This document shows positions 19,673 to 29,722 of a stretch of DNA of 64,000 nt, one piece after another (positions within the stretch are counted from its first letter, which is position 1; every line of letters begins with the position of its first letter). A model generated the notes under the pieces. That model searched no databases. It saw nothing but the letters and a program-made list of their open reading frames with translations, and was not told where the DNA came from. The stretch lies in the IMG/VR virus record IMGVR_UViG_2721755756_000002. One strand, given 5' to 3'. This DNA comes from a virus. Taxonomy: Duplodnaviria > Heunggongvirae > Uroviricota > Caudoviricetes. A program made the position numbers and the translations under genes.

Positions 19673-20772
19673 TGGCTGACGTATTTGACTTGTGGGGGCT
19701 TGATGTAAAGCCGATTGATGATAACATCAATCACTATAGCTTCAACTTAGTGGGTCAGGATGGAGCTGGCAAAACATCCTTCATGACTGCTCTAATGAAT
19801 ACTATGGGTAAAACATTCACATGTGGGTTCGAGGATCGCTTTAAATCCGTACCTAATATTAAGGTAATGCAGTTTAATAAATGGAAGGAATTTCTTGAGT
19901 TTAAGAAAGGTTTAAAGAAAGGACTTAAAGAAGGTCGTGCATTGCCTTTCGATTGCTGCGTCATTGACACGATTGGTGAAGCTGCAAAGATGGGAAAAGA
20001 GCACATTATGAACCTTAATGGATGGACTGAATTAAAAGGAGATCAGTACAATATCGTTGGCCAGTCGATTACTGATGAGATCCGTGAACTTCGGAAGTTA
20101 GGCTTTATCGTCAATTTTGTTTCTCATGATAAATCCCGTGAACTTACAACGGCTACAGGAGATAAATACAATCAGACTGTCCCTGATGCAATGAATCAGA
20201 TTAAACATCTTGTTATGGGCGATTGTGATTTTATCCTTTATCTTGAGGTTGTGAATGAAACAGACGAAGATGGGGACAAGAAAGAGTTCCGTAGGTTGTG
20301 GATCCATGGACATCCAATGCTAAAGCTAAAGACCGCATTATATGGGATGCCTAATTACATTGACTATACCAATGTAGGTGAAGGAGTTTCTAAGTTTCTT
20401 GCTGCATTCAATGAAGGAGTAAAATTCACTCAAAAGATGCAGGATGATGGAATGGATGTCAGCAATCCTAATTCTGACAATAATGTAATTGTTGAAGAAA
20501 AACAAATTATTACAGGATTGAACGAAGATACGTTGCCTGATTTTGAAGAAGAATTTGAGAAAGAACCTGCACAGGAAGTGAAGGAGCCAGTTAAGGAAGA
20601 AGTAGATATTGAAATCTTGCGAGAGCAAGTGAAGAAAACTCGAGATGCCATGCTGAAGACCATGGAGGCATCAGCAGTTAAAGACATCATGAGATCTGAG
20701 CTTGGATTCGTTCAGGTAAGTAAGGTTAGTGATGCAAATAAATTAAAGAAATTTATTAACAAGCACAATTGA
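19672..20772 (+). CDS. AAA_24 / Sak4-like phage ATPase (RecA-fold recombination mediator)
   Basis: Walker A LVGQDGAGKTSF near the N-terminus; Walker B-like CCVIDTIGE; K/E-rich C-terminal extension. Confidence 0.55.
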   Translation: MADVFDLWGLDVKPIDDNINHYSFNLVGQDGAGKTSFMTALMNTMGKTFTCGFEDRFKSVPNIKVMQFNKWKEFLEFKKGLKKGLKEGRALPFDCCVIDTIGEAAKMGKEHIMNLNGWTELKGDQYNIVGQSITDEIRELRKLGFIVNFVSHDKSRELTTATGDKYNQTVPDAMNQIKHLVMGDCDFILYLEVVNETDEDGDKKEFRRLWIHGHPMLKLKTALYGMPNYIDYTNVGEGVSKFLAAFNEGVKFTQKMQDDGMDVSNPNSDNNVIVEEKQIITGLNEDTLPDFEEEFEKEPAQEVKEPVKEEVDIEILREQVKKTRDAMLKTMEASAVKDIMRSELGFVQVSKVSDANKLKKFINKHN

Positions 20773-20786
20773 ATTTTTACGACATA

Positions 20787-20812
20787 GGGTAGATGTTTTC
20801 TACCCTTTCTTT
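20787..20812 (+). terminator. possible terminator (gggtaga/tctaccc hairpin + T-rich)
   Basis: 7-bp stem followed by tttcttt. Confidence 0.4.
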
Positions 20813-20831
20813 ATAAAGGAAGTGATAAATT

Positions 20832-21302
20832 ATGGCAGATATTTGTAAAATCTGTGGAAGGCGTATCATCCGGAAAAGTACAAATTGGATGCTTAAAGAT
20901 GGTTTTATGATTCATATTAAGTGCCCAACATCAAAGCAGAACGTTATACCAGCCTCTGAGAGAGCAGAATATGACCATCTCAGAGATAGACTTAAGGAAG
21001 TCTCTATTACGTGTCCACGAGGCTATTTAGCGGAGCATCAAATGAATTTTGCTAAAGCGATGCAATCAGTTAAGCATATGCATGATAACGGATATACATA
21101 TGGAGAGATTGAGTACGCTTTGGATATAGTAGTAGATGAACAGAAGGGTTTTTGGGGCATTGGTGCTGTTGAAAATCGAATTGATGTAATCATTATGCGT
21201 AAAAGGAAATTTGAAGAAAGAAAGGAGAATACTCAGAAAGTAAAGAAAACATATGATTCGCTTGATTTAAGCGCTATGATGACAAAATCTGATGAGTGGT
21301 AA
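20832..21302 (+). CDS. hypothetical protein with N-terminal zinc-ribbon-like motif
   Basis: CKICGRR...HIKCPT. Confidence 0.45.
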   Translation: MADICKICGRRIIRKSTNWMLKDGFMIHIKCPTSKQNVIPASERAEYDHLRDRLKEVSITCPRGYLAEHQMNFAKAMQSVKHMHDNGYTYGEIEYALDIVVDEQKGFWGIGAVENRIDVIIMRKRKFEERKENTQKVKKTYDSLDLSAMMTKSDEW

Positions 21303-21646
21303 TTATGGAAAATAAAAAACAGGAATATTACAGTTTCCCTTTAAATGAAGAATTCCGTATAACGCAATATGGAAAAGGAAAGTTTCAACTTGAACAGTTC
21401 GTGACAACTGAATATGTCAAACAAAAGAAAAAGGATGGACAAGAAGAAATACGAGATGTTAGCAATAAGTGGGTGCCGATTGCTTATCAGATGAATCCTT
21501 ACTTGCTAGTGAAAAGATTCATGAGCATGGTAGATATTGGAGAAAACGAGACTCTACAATCATATTTTCAAAAGGTTGATGATCAGTGGAAGTGCATCAT
21601 GGAATTTGTAGAAAAATATGGAGATATTCTGAATGGTAAGCAGTAA
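21296..21646 (+). CDS. hypothetical protein
   Basis: 116-aa ORF. Confidence 0.45.
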   Translation: MVIMENKKQEYYSFPLNEEFRITQYGKGKFQLEQFVTTEYVKQKKKDGQEEIRDVSNKWVPIAYQMNPYLLVKRFMSMVDIGENETLQSYFQKVDDQWKCIMEFVEKYGDILNGKQ

Positions 21647-21793
21647 AAAGAAATTTCTATTCTTCCCTAAACATATCAATAATAACTGGTATTGGTTAAG
21701 AACTGTCACAGTTTATGAGAAAAGGACTCCGATTATCGTTGACGGAAGAGTAGGAACAAGGGTTGAAAAATCCTATAAGATTTGAGGTGATTT

Positions 21794-22270
21794 ATGACAC
21801 TGAATAAGAAACGAACAATCATACTTATCATAACTCTTCTAGCTTTATTCTTTGTAACCAGACTTTGTGATTTTGAGGACAAAACATTCAGTTATGGACA
21901 TGCAGTATCAAATATAAAAGAACAAGCGAAGAGAGTTAAATTACCAAAAATAAAGGCATACAAAAAAAAGTCAAAAAAAGAAGTAAACTGGGTCAATATA
22001 GGAAGCTTTCGTATAACACATTACGGTATGGATATCACCACAGCTACAGCAACTGGTGCAACACCTACTATTGGTAGAACGATTGGAGTAGACCCAAATG
22101 TTATCCCTTATGGAACACAGGTAATGATTAACGGGCATGTATATATTGCCGAAGATACAGGTGCTTACACAGGTAACCATATCGACGTATTATGTGAGAG
22201 TGAAGCATATTCAGCTGAACTCGGTACTTACACCACAGACGTTTATATAAAAAATGAAAGGTCAGAGTAG
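21794..22270 (+). CDS. membrane-anchored 3D-domain protein (MltA/YuiC-like cell-wall binding/hydrolase domain)
   Basis: N-terminal TM helix; RITHYGMD...IGVDPNVIPYGTQVMINGHVYIAEDTGAYTGNHIDV is a 3D-domain signature. Confidence 0.7.
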   Translation: MTLNKKRTIILIITLLALFFVTRLCDFEDKTFSYGHAVSNIKEQAKRVKLPKIKAYKKKSKKEVNWVNIGSFRITHYGMDITTATATGATPTIGRTIGVDPNVIPYGTQVMINGHVYIAEDTGAYTGNHIDVLCESEAYSAELGTYTTDVYIKNERSE

Positions 22271-22888
22271 TTGATGAACAATGTAGTAATTGGATTAAGT
22301 GGAGCTGCAAGAGCTGGTAAAGACACTACAGCAATAATGATAAAGCATATCTTAAAAAGCTCTTTTGAAAAAAAGACGTGCTTATTAGCTTATGCAGATT
22401 ATCTAAAAATGATATGCATGAAGAATTTTGGATATGTAGATAAAAGAACAGATCGTAAAGTCTTACAGGACTTTGGTGAGAATGTACGTAAAGAGAACGA
22501 GGATTTCTGGATGTCAACGACATGGTTTACAATAGACCAATTTAGAAATTTATTTGACGTTTTTATTATAAGCGATGTCAGATATGAAAATGAGTTACAT
22601 CCATATCCATGGAATGTTGTTTACCCTTTTATCAATGTACTTGTAAAGAGAGATACATCAGGGCTACTTAATGATGAAGAAGCTGCTCATGAAAGTGAAG
22701 TAATGGCTCATGATGGTGACGAAAGCAAGTATGATTTTATCATTAACAACAATGGAACAATGGAAGAAACATACGCACAAGTGCTAAAAATGGTCAATGA
22801 AATCATGGATAGATGGGATGAGTGGTTCACAGAATTAAAAGCCAAAAATCCTGAAGGGAGTGCAAGCGATGCGTTACAGGGAGAATAA
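22271..22888 (+). CDS. deoxynucleoside monophosphate kinase-like P-loop protein
   Basis: GLSGAARAGKDT resembles the T4 gp1 dNMP kinase P-loop (SGxxRSGKDT). Confidence 0.5.
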   Translation: MMNNVVIGLSGAARAGKDTTAIMIKHILKSSFEKKTCLLAYADYLKMICMKNFGYVDKRTDRKVLQDFGENVRKENEDFWMSTTWFTIDQFRNLFDVFIISDVRYENELHPYPWNVVYPFINVLVKRDTSGLLNDEEAAHESEVMAHDGDESKYDFIINNNGTMEETYAQVLKMVNEIMDRWDEWFTELKAKNPEGSASDALQGE

Positions 22889-23033
22889 GCTCAACAATGA
22901 TAATATAAACTCTTTCATTAAAGAAGTTAAAAAGAATGGAGTATTGCACTTGGTGACTTGTTGCAAAAATGGAAATTACTTTGCGATTTACAGTGGTGAG
23001 CATGTCAACTTACAGAATATCGGGAATTGATAA

Positions 23034-24425
23034 ATGGTAGAGTATACAGCAGTAACCTCTGAGGGCGTTGTAATAGGAGCACTAATGAATGATGTTAAGC
23101 TCATTCTGGCATTAAAGGAGCTTAAACCAGATTTCTTCACACACCCTGCGTATAAGATTTTATATCTAACGATAAGAAAATTGTTTAGAGATGGTTCAAC
23201 AGAAATAGATATTCTTGATGTTTATGCTTTCTTGGAATCAAGTAAGAAGTATTTTAAGATTATTGAAGATGAAGGTGGCGTAGATTTTCTTGACACCTTA
23301 TATGGTATGGGAGAAGGTTATACTCTCGACATGCTAAAACCTCACGTATATAACATTTGCAGATGTGCTTGCAGGAATGAAGTAAATGATGTGATAATCG
23401 GGCTTCAAGACTATATAAGCAATGCAGAAAACTATTCGATAAGAGAAATCTTTGACGAAATTGAATCAAGATTCCTCTCATTAAAAGGAAAATATTCTAC
23501 AGGACATAAAATGGATCTACTTGGAGAAAGGCTAGACAACGTTTTAGAGGAACTTGAAAGAAATTCGCATAAAGAATTTTGTGGATTCCCAACTGGGTTT
23601 CCATTAGTAGATAAATTCTTCACATACGAAAAGGGGGAGCTTGTTATCTTAGCAGCTCCTGCCAAATTTGGTAAATCACAGTTTGTCACAGATGCCGTAT
23701 ATCGTCTCTGTATAAGAAATAAAGTTCCTATGTCTGTTATAGATAGTGAGTTGTCAGATAAATTGTTCACGTTGAGACTGATTGCTCGAATCATGGAGGT
23801 TAACTTCTCTTTTATCAAAACAGGGAAGTACAAAGAATATGACTGGGCTGTTAAGAAATTCAATGAAGCCGAGGAATTGATTAGAAATAGCCCTCTTATT
23901 CACCAATATATTTCTGGATGGGCGAATGAAGAAGTTTACAGTGAAATAAAAAGAACCACCATACAAAACAACATTCAAATCGTCTTTTGGGATTATCTCA
24001 AGGTTGATGACCTTGGTGACAACAAGAAAGAAAATGTTGAGTTAGCTAAAATGACGAATTTTTTGAAAAACAAAGTAGCTGGCGAATTAAATATTGCCGT
24101 TGTAGCTATGGCTCAAACTTCTGATTATAGTAAGCAAGAGGGCTCATTGAGACTTTGGGGCAGTAACCAAATCAAGCAGTTTGCATCAACTATTGCTTAT
24201 TTTGTAAAAAAGAACAAAGAACAAGTTGCAAGAGATCTCGATGCTGATGTTGGAGGTGACTCCTATTTACATGTCAAGGAAAATCGTAATGGACCTTCGA
24301 TGGATGATGAGGAATTTGGTATAAATTTCTGTACAAACAAAGCCAAAGCAATATTTGAACAGGCGGATCAGCAATGTAAAGAAGTTCAAGAGATTCTTGC
24401 ATCATATGAAGTAAAAGAGCGGTGA
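23034..24425 (+). CDS. DnaB-like replicative helicase
   Basis: DnaB N-terminal domain; Walker A LAAPAKFGKSQF; Walker B IVFWDYLKVDDLG; RecA-fold C-terminal half. Confidence 0.75.
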   Translation: MVEYTAVTSEGVVIGALMNDVKLILALKELKPDFFTHPAYKILYLTIRKLFRDGSTEIDILDVYAFLESSKKYFKIIEDEGGVDFLDTLYGMGEGYTLDMLKPHVYNICRCACRNEVNDVIIGLQDYISNAENYSIREIFDEIESRFLSLKGKYSTGHKMDLLGERLDNVLEELERNSHKEFCGFPTGFPLVDKFFTYEKGELVILAAPAKFGKSQFVTDAVYRLCIRNKVPMSVIDSELSDKLFTLRLIARIMEVNFSFIKTGKYKEYDWAVKKFNEAEELIRNSPLIHQYISGWANEEVYSEIKRTTIQNNIQIVFWDYLKVDDLGDNKKENVELAKMTNFLKNKVAGELNIAVVAMAQTSDYSKQEGSLRLWGSNQIKQFASTIAYFVKKNKEQVARDLDADVGGDSYLHVKENRNGPSMDDEEFGINFCTNKAKAIFEQADQQCKEVQEILASYEVKER

Positions 24426-24612
24426 TTGTAAACAAATGAAGCGTAATTTATATTTTTGTGTTTACGATCTACGTGACAATGAACTTTGCGTTGGATCATT
24501 TGATAACAAAGAGGATTTGTGCAAAATGCTTGGTATAAAGATTCAGTATCTAAGTCGCATCATGCAACGAGACGGTGTATACAAGAGCCGATATAAAATT
24601 GTCATAAAGTAG

Positions 24613-25617
24613 GTGGAATATCATGTGAAGTTAGATAGTCAAGCAATTATAGAAGCTGCAGACCCATACATCACAGATATTCTTGACAAGTTGGGCATGG
24701 AATGGATGCAGGAAAGCTCTTGGTTAGCTACACCTTGTATATTCCACGGCGGTACTAATTTCAAACTTAAATATAAAAACCTTAAATTCTATTGCTTCAG
24801 CGAATGTAATAAAAGCTATAGCGTAATTGACGTTGTAAAAAAGGCATTAGACTTAGACTTTGTAGCAGCAATGAAATGGTTGTGTAGTGAATTAGGATTA
24901 TCAGCAAATGATTATGTCGTAAGTGATAAAAAGATCAGATCACGAAAGAATTTGAAATTGATGAAGAGACTATCAAAGAAGAAGTCTCATACTGAATATA
25001 AGCAAGTAGATCAGCTAATTCTAAATGACATTATTCCTTATTCACATCCATATTTATTAAATCAGGGGTTCTCTGATAACACATTAAGGTACTTCAATAT
25101 AGGATTCTGTTTATATGGAGAATTAGAAAATAGGGTATGTTTTCCAATTGATGCACCTGATGGAACAATCATAAGTATATCTGGTAGGGCAATAGATGGA
25201 GCTGAACCAAAATATTTAATCATTGGTAATACGTTTAAGAATTTGACTTTGTATAACTATTCAAGAGCTAAAAAAGAGGCAATTGAAAGAGGCTATGTAA
25301 TATTGGTCGAGGGGTTTAAATCTGTTATGAAATTACATGAATTTGGATATAAAAATTCTGTAGCTTGTATGGGAAGTAGTATTGATGATAAGCAGATGAA
25401 GCTGCTTCTAAAATTAGGGGTGATAATAGTAGTTTGTGGTGACAACGACAAGACAGGAAAATTGTTAAATCAAAAGGTATATAACATGTGTTATAAGTTT
25501 ACAAAAGTGATTAAGCTGCCAATGAGTAAATATACAGAGAAGGAAGCTGATAGCATTGCTGATTTGGACAATGATGCAATATTTGAATTAGTTGATGATT
25601 TGGATGGAATCAAATAG
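24613..25617 (+). CDS. DnaG-type DNA primase (zinc-binding + TOPRIM)
   Basis: CHC2-like CIFHGG...CFSEC; TOPRIM VILVEGFKSVMKL...GDNDKTG. Confidence 0.75.
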   Translation: MEYHVKLDSQAIIEAADPYITDILDKLGMEWMQESSWLATPCIFHGGTNFKLKYKNLKFYCFSECNKSYSVIDVVKKALDLDFVAAMKWLCSELGLSANDYVVSDKKIRSRKNLKLMKRLSKKKSHTEYKQVDQLILNDIIPYSHPYLLNQGFSDNTLRYFNIGFCLYGELENRVCFPIDAPDGTIISISGRAIDGAEPKYLIIGNTFKNLTLYNYSRAKKEAIERGYVILVEGFKSVMKLHEFGYKNSVACMGSSIDDKQMKLLLKLGVIIVVCGDNDKTGKLLNQKVYNMCYKFTKVIKLPMSKYTEKEADSIADLDNDAIFELVDDLDGIK

Positions 25618-25918
25618 AGGAGGATATATTATGAATACGAGATTTAATATAGGTGATACAGTTTATCCAATTAACGTGGTTGATGCTTACGTTGGAGGAG
25701 CACAGGTTATAGAGTACATTACTGCAGGCGAAAAGGGGACATTCTATAGTCTCACAGTATGGCAAAATGTAAAAGCTTCGTTATGTTTTAGGTCTTTCGA
25801 GGAAGCTAAAGAAAACCTGCTAAAAATGATGGCTGAAGACTTTAGTGAAAAATTAAAAACAGTTATAGATTCAGTTGACGAAACCAGATGTGATGATCCA
25901 TATGAAGACTTTGAATGA
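25592..25918 (+). CDS. hypothetical protein (likely start about 25631)
   Basis: ORF with AGGAGG RBS before the internal Met. Confidence 0.4.
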   Translation: MMIWMESNRGGYIMNTRFNIGDTVYPINVVDAYVGGAQVIEYITAGEKGTFYSLTVWQNVKASLCFRSFEEAKENLLKMMAEDFSEKLKTVIDSVDETRCDDPYEDFE

Positions 25919-26228
25919 AGTTATTGATTCTCTATATAAAAAATATAGTAAGTACGGCATTACAAAAGAATTTATAAAAAGGCAGCTTGATGATGGGTTT
26001 AAAGCAGGGCTGAGTTTAGAACTGATGCATGTTACTTTAAGATTGATGTTAGCAGATCATTATGACGAAGATGAGTTATTTGATACTCATGATATGGCAG
26101 TTCTGCTTGACGTGAGCGATTTTGAGGCTTCAAAGATTATTGAGGAACAAAAGGCAAAGTTTGAAGAACAAGGTATTGATACAAGTGACATGATTTGGAA
26201 GAAACCACCACGTCATTTGATGTCATAG
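25875..26228 (+). CDS. hypothetical protein
   Basis: 117-aa ORF. Confidence 0.45.
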   Translation: MTKPDVMIHMKTLNEVIDSLYKKYSKYGITKEFIKRQLDDGFKAGLSLELMHVTLRLMLADHYDEDELFDTHDMAVLLDVSDFEASKIIEEQKAKFEEQGIDTSDMIWKKPPRHLMS

Positions 26229-26235
26229 AAGGAAG

Positions 26236-26547
26236 GTGAAGGTAATGGAAGGTTTAGTCAAGGTAACGTATAACGATGACAGGATAACGGTATCAGCAAG
26301 GGAGTTACATGAATTCTTTGGAGTTTCAACAAGGTACAACGACTGGTTCAAGCGGATGTGCGAGTATGGCTTTGAAGAAAACGTTGACTTTCAGGCTATT
26401 ACTCAAAAAAAAGTAACAGCTCAAGGGTGTAAATTTTTTAACACCCTAGCAAAACAAGAACTTCAAGACTTTCAAATTACGATCGATAAGGGAAACTTGC
26501 ATGATTGTGTTTTCACCAATAAGAAAGGTGGCGTATCTTATGCATGA
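26236..26547 (+). CDS. AntA/AntB-like antirepressor N-terminal domain protein
   Basis: ELHEFFGVSTRYNDWFKRMCEYGFEENVDF matches the AntA pattern. Confidence 0.5.
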   Translation: MKVMEGLVKVTYNDDRITVSARELHEFFGVSTRYNDWFKRMCEYGFEENVDFQAITQKKVTAQGCKFFNTLAKQELQDFQITIDKGNLHDCVFTNKKGGVSYA

Positions 26548-27313
26548 ATTGCAAATATTTGAAAATTCACAGTTCGGCAGTTTGAGAGTTACTGAAATAA
26601 ACGGGAAGATATATTATTGCGGGACAGACGTTGCGAGAGCATTAGGATATACGAAACCAAACAATGCAATAAATCAACATTGTAGGTATACCCTAAAACA
26701 GGGCATACCTCATCCCCAAAATCCTACAAAGAAAATTGAAATGTCCTTTATTCCAGAAGGCGATGTATACAGATTGACAGCACGAAGTAAGCTGCCGCAG
26801 GCTGTTGAATTTGAGTCATGGGTATTTGACACAGTGTTACCATCTATCAATAAAAATGGTGGATATTTAGCTGGACAAGAAAACATGACTCCTGCAGAAA
26901 TTGTTGCGCAGGGATTGCTGGTCGCACAGAAGATCATTGATGAAAAGACACAACTTTTACAGGCTCAACAAGTTGAACTAGAAGCACTTAAACCCAAAGC
27001 GGATTATTGTGACATAATTCTGAATTGTAAAGACTGTGTGACCATATCACAAGTAGCAAAGGACTATGGATTTACTGCAAATCACATGAACAAATACTTA
27101 CATGAGCAGGGCGTACAATACAAAGTTAACAAACAATGGGTTCTATATTCAAAACATGCAGACAAAGGTTACGTTGAGTCTGATACTACATACAAGGAAG
27201 ACCGATATGGGGTTTCACATGCTTATGTGAATACTAAGTGGACTCAAAAAGGACGCTTATTCATTTATGACCTGTTGAAAGAAAATGGAATCCTTCCATT
27301 GGTGGAACGATGA
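26501..27313 (+). CDS. Bro-N / KilA-C phage antirepressor
   Basis: N-terminus ELQIFENSQFGSLRV...CGTDVARALGY (Bro-N); KilA-C-like C-terminus. Confidence 0.65.
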   Translation: MIVFSPIRKVAYLMHELQIFENSQFGSLRVTEINGKIYYCGTDVARALGYTKPNNAINQHCRYTLKQGIPHPQNPTKKIEMSFIPEGDVYRLTARSKLPQAVEFESWVFDTVLPSINKNGGYLAGQENMTPAEIVAQGLLVAQKIIDEKTQLLQAQQVELEALKPKADYCDIILNCKDCVTISQVAKDYGFTANHMNKYLHEQGVQYKVNKQWVLYSKHADKGYVESDTTYKEDRYGVSHAYVNTKWTQKGRLFIYDLLKENGILPLVER

Positions 27314-28587
27314 ACTTAGATAAGACTCAGGAAGCAATTGTTAACAGCAATGCTTCTAAAATTATCGTGAATGCAGGAGCTGGCTCGGGGAAAACAAGGG
27401 TACTTATTGAGCGTATTGTCAGATTACTAAATGAAGGTGTCGAATCAACTTCTATTGTAGCAATTACGTTTACTAATATGGCAGCTGATGAAATGAAGAA
27501 ACGCATCTCTGAGTACGTTAACTGTTCAGGCATGTTTATTGGGACGATACATTCATTCGCAAATACAATTTTAAAATCGTCAGGGGAAGACTATCAGTTG
27601 TTTACTGATGAAACTAAAAATTACTATATGAGCGTACTCATTAAGAAATATGCAAAATATCTGAGCTATAAAAAGTATTTAGAGTTTGAAAAAGTGAGAA
27701 GCAGAGAATTACTTGGTTTGACGAATAAAAAGCGTTCTATAGATATACTTAATTATGATGAGTACAAGGAATATGAGCGCTTAATGAAGTTGGAACCTGT
27801 TGAGAACTACCCAGAAACGATTACAAGCATGAAAAAGAAGCTTAACGCAATCAGTTTTGATGAACTCATTACAAAAGCAACCTCGTATTTCAGTAAAAAT
27901 GGTAGCAAAATCTCGTATTTATTTGTAGATGAATTTCAGGATGTAGGACATATGGAATACGAGTTTCTTGAAGCTTTGAATGCTGATAATTGCTTCCTAG
28001 TAGGGGATGACTGGCAGTCGATTTTTAGCTTCAAAGGAGGATGTGTTGATATCTTCATTAAAATATTCAATAGTCCGGAATGGGAATCTTACATTATGGC
28101 GAATAATTATAGATGTGGTAGTGAAATTTTAGATTATGCTAATACAGTTATTCATCAGGCTGGGGACATTATTGAAAAAGAAGTCATATACAAGAGTGGA
28201 AAAGAAGGGGAAGTTATCATTCAACCTAAAAGATTTTTTATGGATGTGATAAATGTCATACATAAAGATGATTATGGTAAATGGGCAGTCCTTGTCAGAA
28301 CAAATAAGGAGCTTGAAAGTATTGCAGGAAGACTTGAATATGAGGGAATTCCATTCATGACATTTAAGAAATCAGATTATAGTCTTGAAGAGATGAATAA
28401 GATGCTTAAAGAGAATAAGGTTAAGGTTTTGACAGTCCATACATCTAAAGGGTTAGAATTTGACAATGTGATTTTGTATGGCAATTGGTATCTGCATGAA
28501 CCGAGTTACAGAAGAAATTCTGATGAACGTAAGGTCATGTATGTAGGAATGACAAGAGCAATAAATAATCTTGTTATTCAGAATTGA
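27310..28587 (+). CDS. compact UvrD/PcrA-like SF1 DNA helicase
   Basis: Walker A GAGSGKTRVL; motif II LFVDEFQDVGH; motifs V-VI VHTSKGLEFDNVILYG...VGMTRA. Confidence 0.75.
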   Translation: MNLDKTQEAIVNSNASKIIVNAGAGSGKTRVLIERIVRLLNEGVESTSIVAITFTNMAADEMKKRISEYVNCSGMFIGTIHSFANTILKSSGEDYQLFTDETKNYYMSVLIKKYAKYLSYKKYLEFEKVRSRELLGLTNKKRSIDILNYDEYKEYERLMKLEPVENYPETITSMKKKLNAISFDELITKATSYFSKNGSKISYLFVDEFQDVGHMEYEFLEALNADNCFLVGDDWQSIFSFKGGCVDIFIKIFNSPEWESYIMANNYRCGSEILDYANTVIHQAGDIIEKEVIYKSGKEGEVIIQPKRFFMDVINVIHKDDYGKWAVLVRTNKELESIAGRLEYEGIPFMTFKKSDYSLEEMNKMLKENKVKVLTVHTSKGLEFDNVILYGNWYLHEPSYRRNSDERKVMYVGMTRAINNLVIQN

Positions 28588-28882
28588 AGAGAGGCTTAGG
28601 ATGGTAACAGTGAGTATTGTATTAAGTATTGTGTTTGGTGTTGCTACGTTTGCAGCTACGTTGGTAGGACTTAGAAAAGAGTTTAATGGCAAAATGATAA
28701 ATTCAGAAGATCTTTCATTTATAGCATTTATTTTCTTTGTTAGTGAGTTTATTGCGATCACTATAGGACTTTTCTGGTTTGTTGTTATTCCAATTATTAT
28801 CATAGTCGGTGGGGTATTATTGTTTATATACTGGAACACATTCAAACAGTTTTGGAAGGAGTGGAAAGATGGCAGAAATTAG
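28571..28882 (+). CDS. small two-TM membrane protein
   Basis: two hydrophobic helices. Confidence 0.45.
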   Translation: MLFRIEERLRMVTVSIVLSIVFGVATFAATLVGLRKEFNGKMINSEDLSFIAFIFFVSEFIAITIGLFWFVVIPIIIIVGGVLLFIYWNTFKQFWKEWKDGRN

Positions 28883-29162
28883 TTATGGTGTCAGTATGAT
28901 ATTTTCTATAGCCGCCCCTGTCGTTACGATTTTCATAATAAAGAATTATTATAGAAATAAATGTACACGCGAAGTAGATGGCTATGACATCGTTCTGACA
29001 CTTATGATTATTGTTTTCTCTATATTTTGCGGAGCTTTTATTGGAGTATTATGGTTTATCATTGTCCCGAATATTTTGATTGGTACAGCTATAGTAAAGT
29101 TTATATTTCCAGATAAGACAAAGAAAATGTGGAAAGACTTTAAGAAAATGGTGACTAAATGA
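28809..29162 (+). CDS. small two-TM membrane protein (paralogue-like of 28571-28882)
   Basis: similar architecture; motif FIGVLWFIIVP resembles TIGLFWFVVIP in the preceding protein. Confidence 0.45.
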   Translation: MGYYCLYTGTHSNSFGRSGKMAEISYGVSMIFSIAAPVVTIFIIKNYYRNKCTREVDGYDIVLTLMIIVFSIFCGAFIGVLWFIIVPNILIGTAIVKFIFPDKTKKMWKDFKKMVTK

Positions 29163-29206
29163 AGTTGAATAAAGGGTTAAAAAAATAAGGAAAGGAAATA
29201 GAAAAA

Positions 29207-29722
29207 ATGAAGAAAGTTGAAATAGGAGATATTGTAAGAGCTAATAAGTTGTCTTTTGTGTATAGAATCACAACACTAGAAAACAAGTGGGTTGGGAGAG
29301 TTACAGCTGTTAATGAAGATGGTTCTTTCAATGCTAAAACTATTGAGTCTGCATTAGATAATTATGGACGATGTTACCTTAACTTAGAACCAAGATACTT
29401 TGATTTGGTTAAAAGACTTAAGAGGGACTGTGTGTTGGTTTCAGATCAAACCACAATACTATTTGATGAAGATGGTAAAAAACATGTGTCAAAGTGTAGC
29501 AATGAAGAATTTGATATTGAAAAGGGTATTATGATGTGTCTTTGTAAAAAACATGGATATACATACCAAGATATAAGAAGGCTCCTTAAAAATGTAGAAT
29601 TTAAAGAAGTAGAGAGGCGAGGTAGTGTACTATCCAATTTCGTAGCATTTTGCGAGAATCCACTAGCCTCTGGAACAAAATTTCAAGACACGAGGGATAT
29701 AGATGCCAACGAAGATATTTAA
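29207..29722 (+). CDS. hypothetical protein
   Basis: 171-aa ORF with RBS. Confidence 0.5.
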   Translation: MKKVEIGDIVRANKLSFVYRITTLENKWVGRVTAVNEDGSFNAKTIESALDNYGRCYLNLEPRYFDLVKRLKRDCVLVSDQTTILFDEDGKKHVSKCSNEEFDIEKGIMMCLCKKHGYTYQDIRRLLKNVEFKEVERRGSVLSNFVAFCENPLASGTKFQDTRDIDANEDI

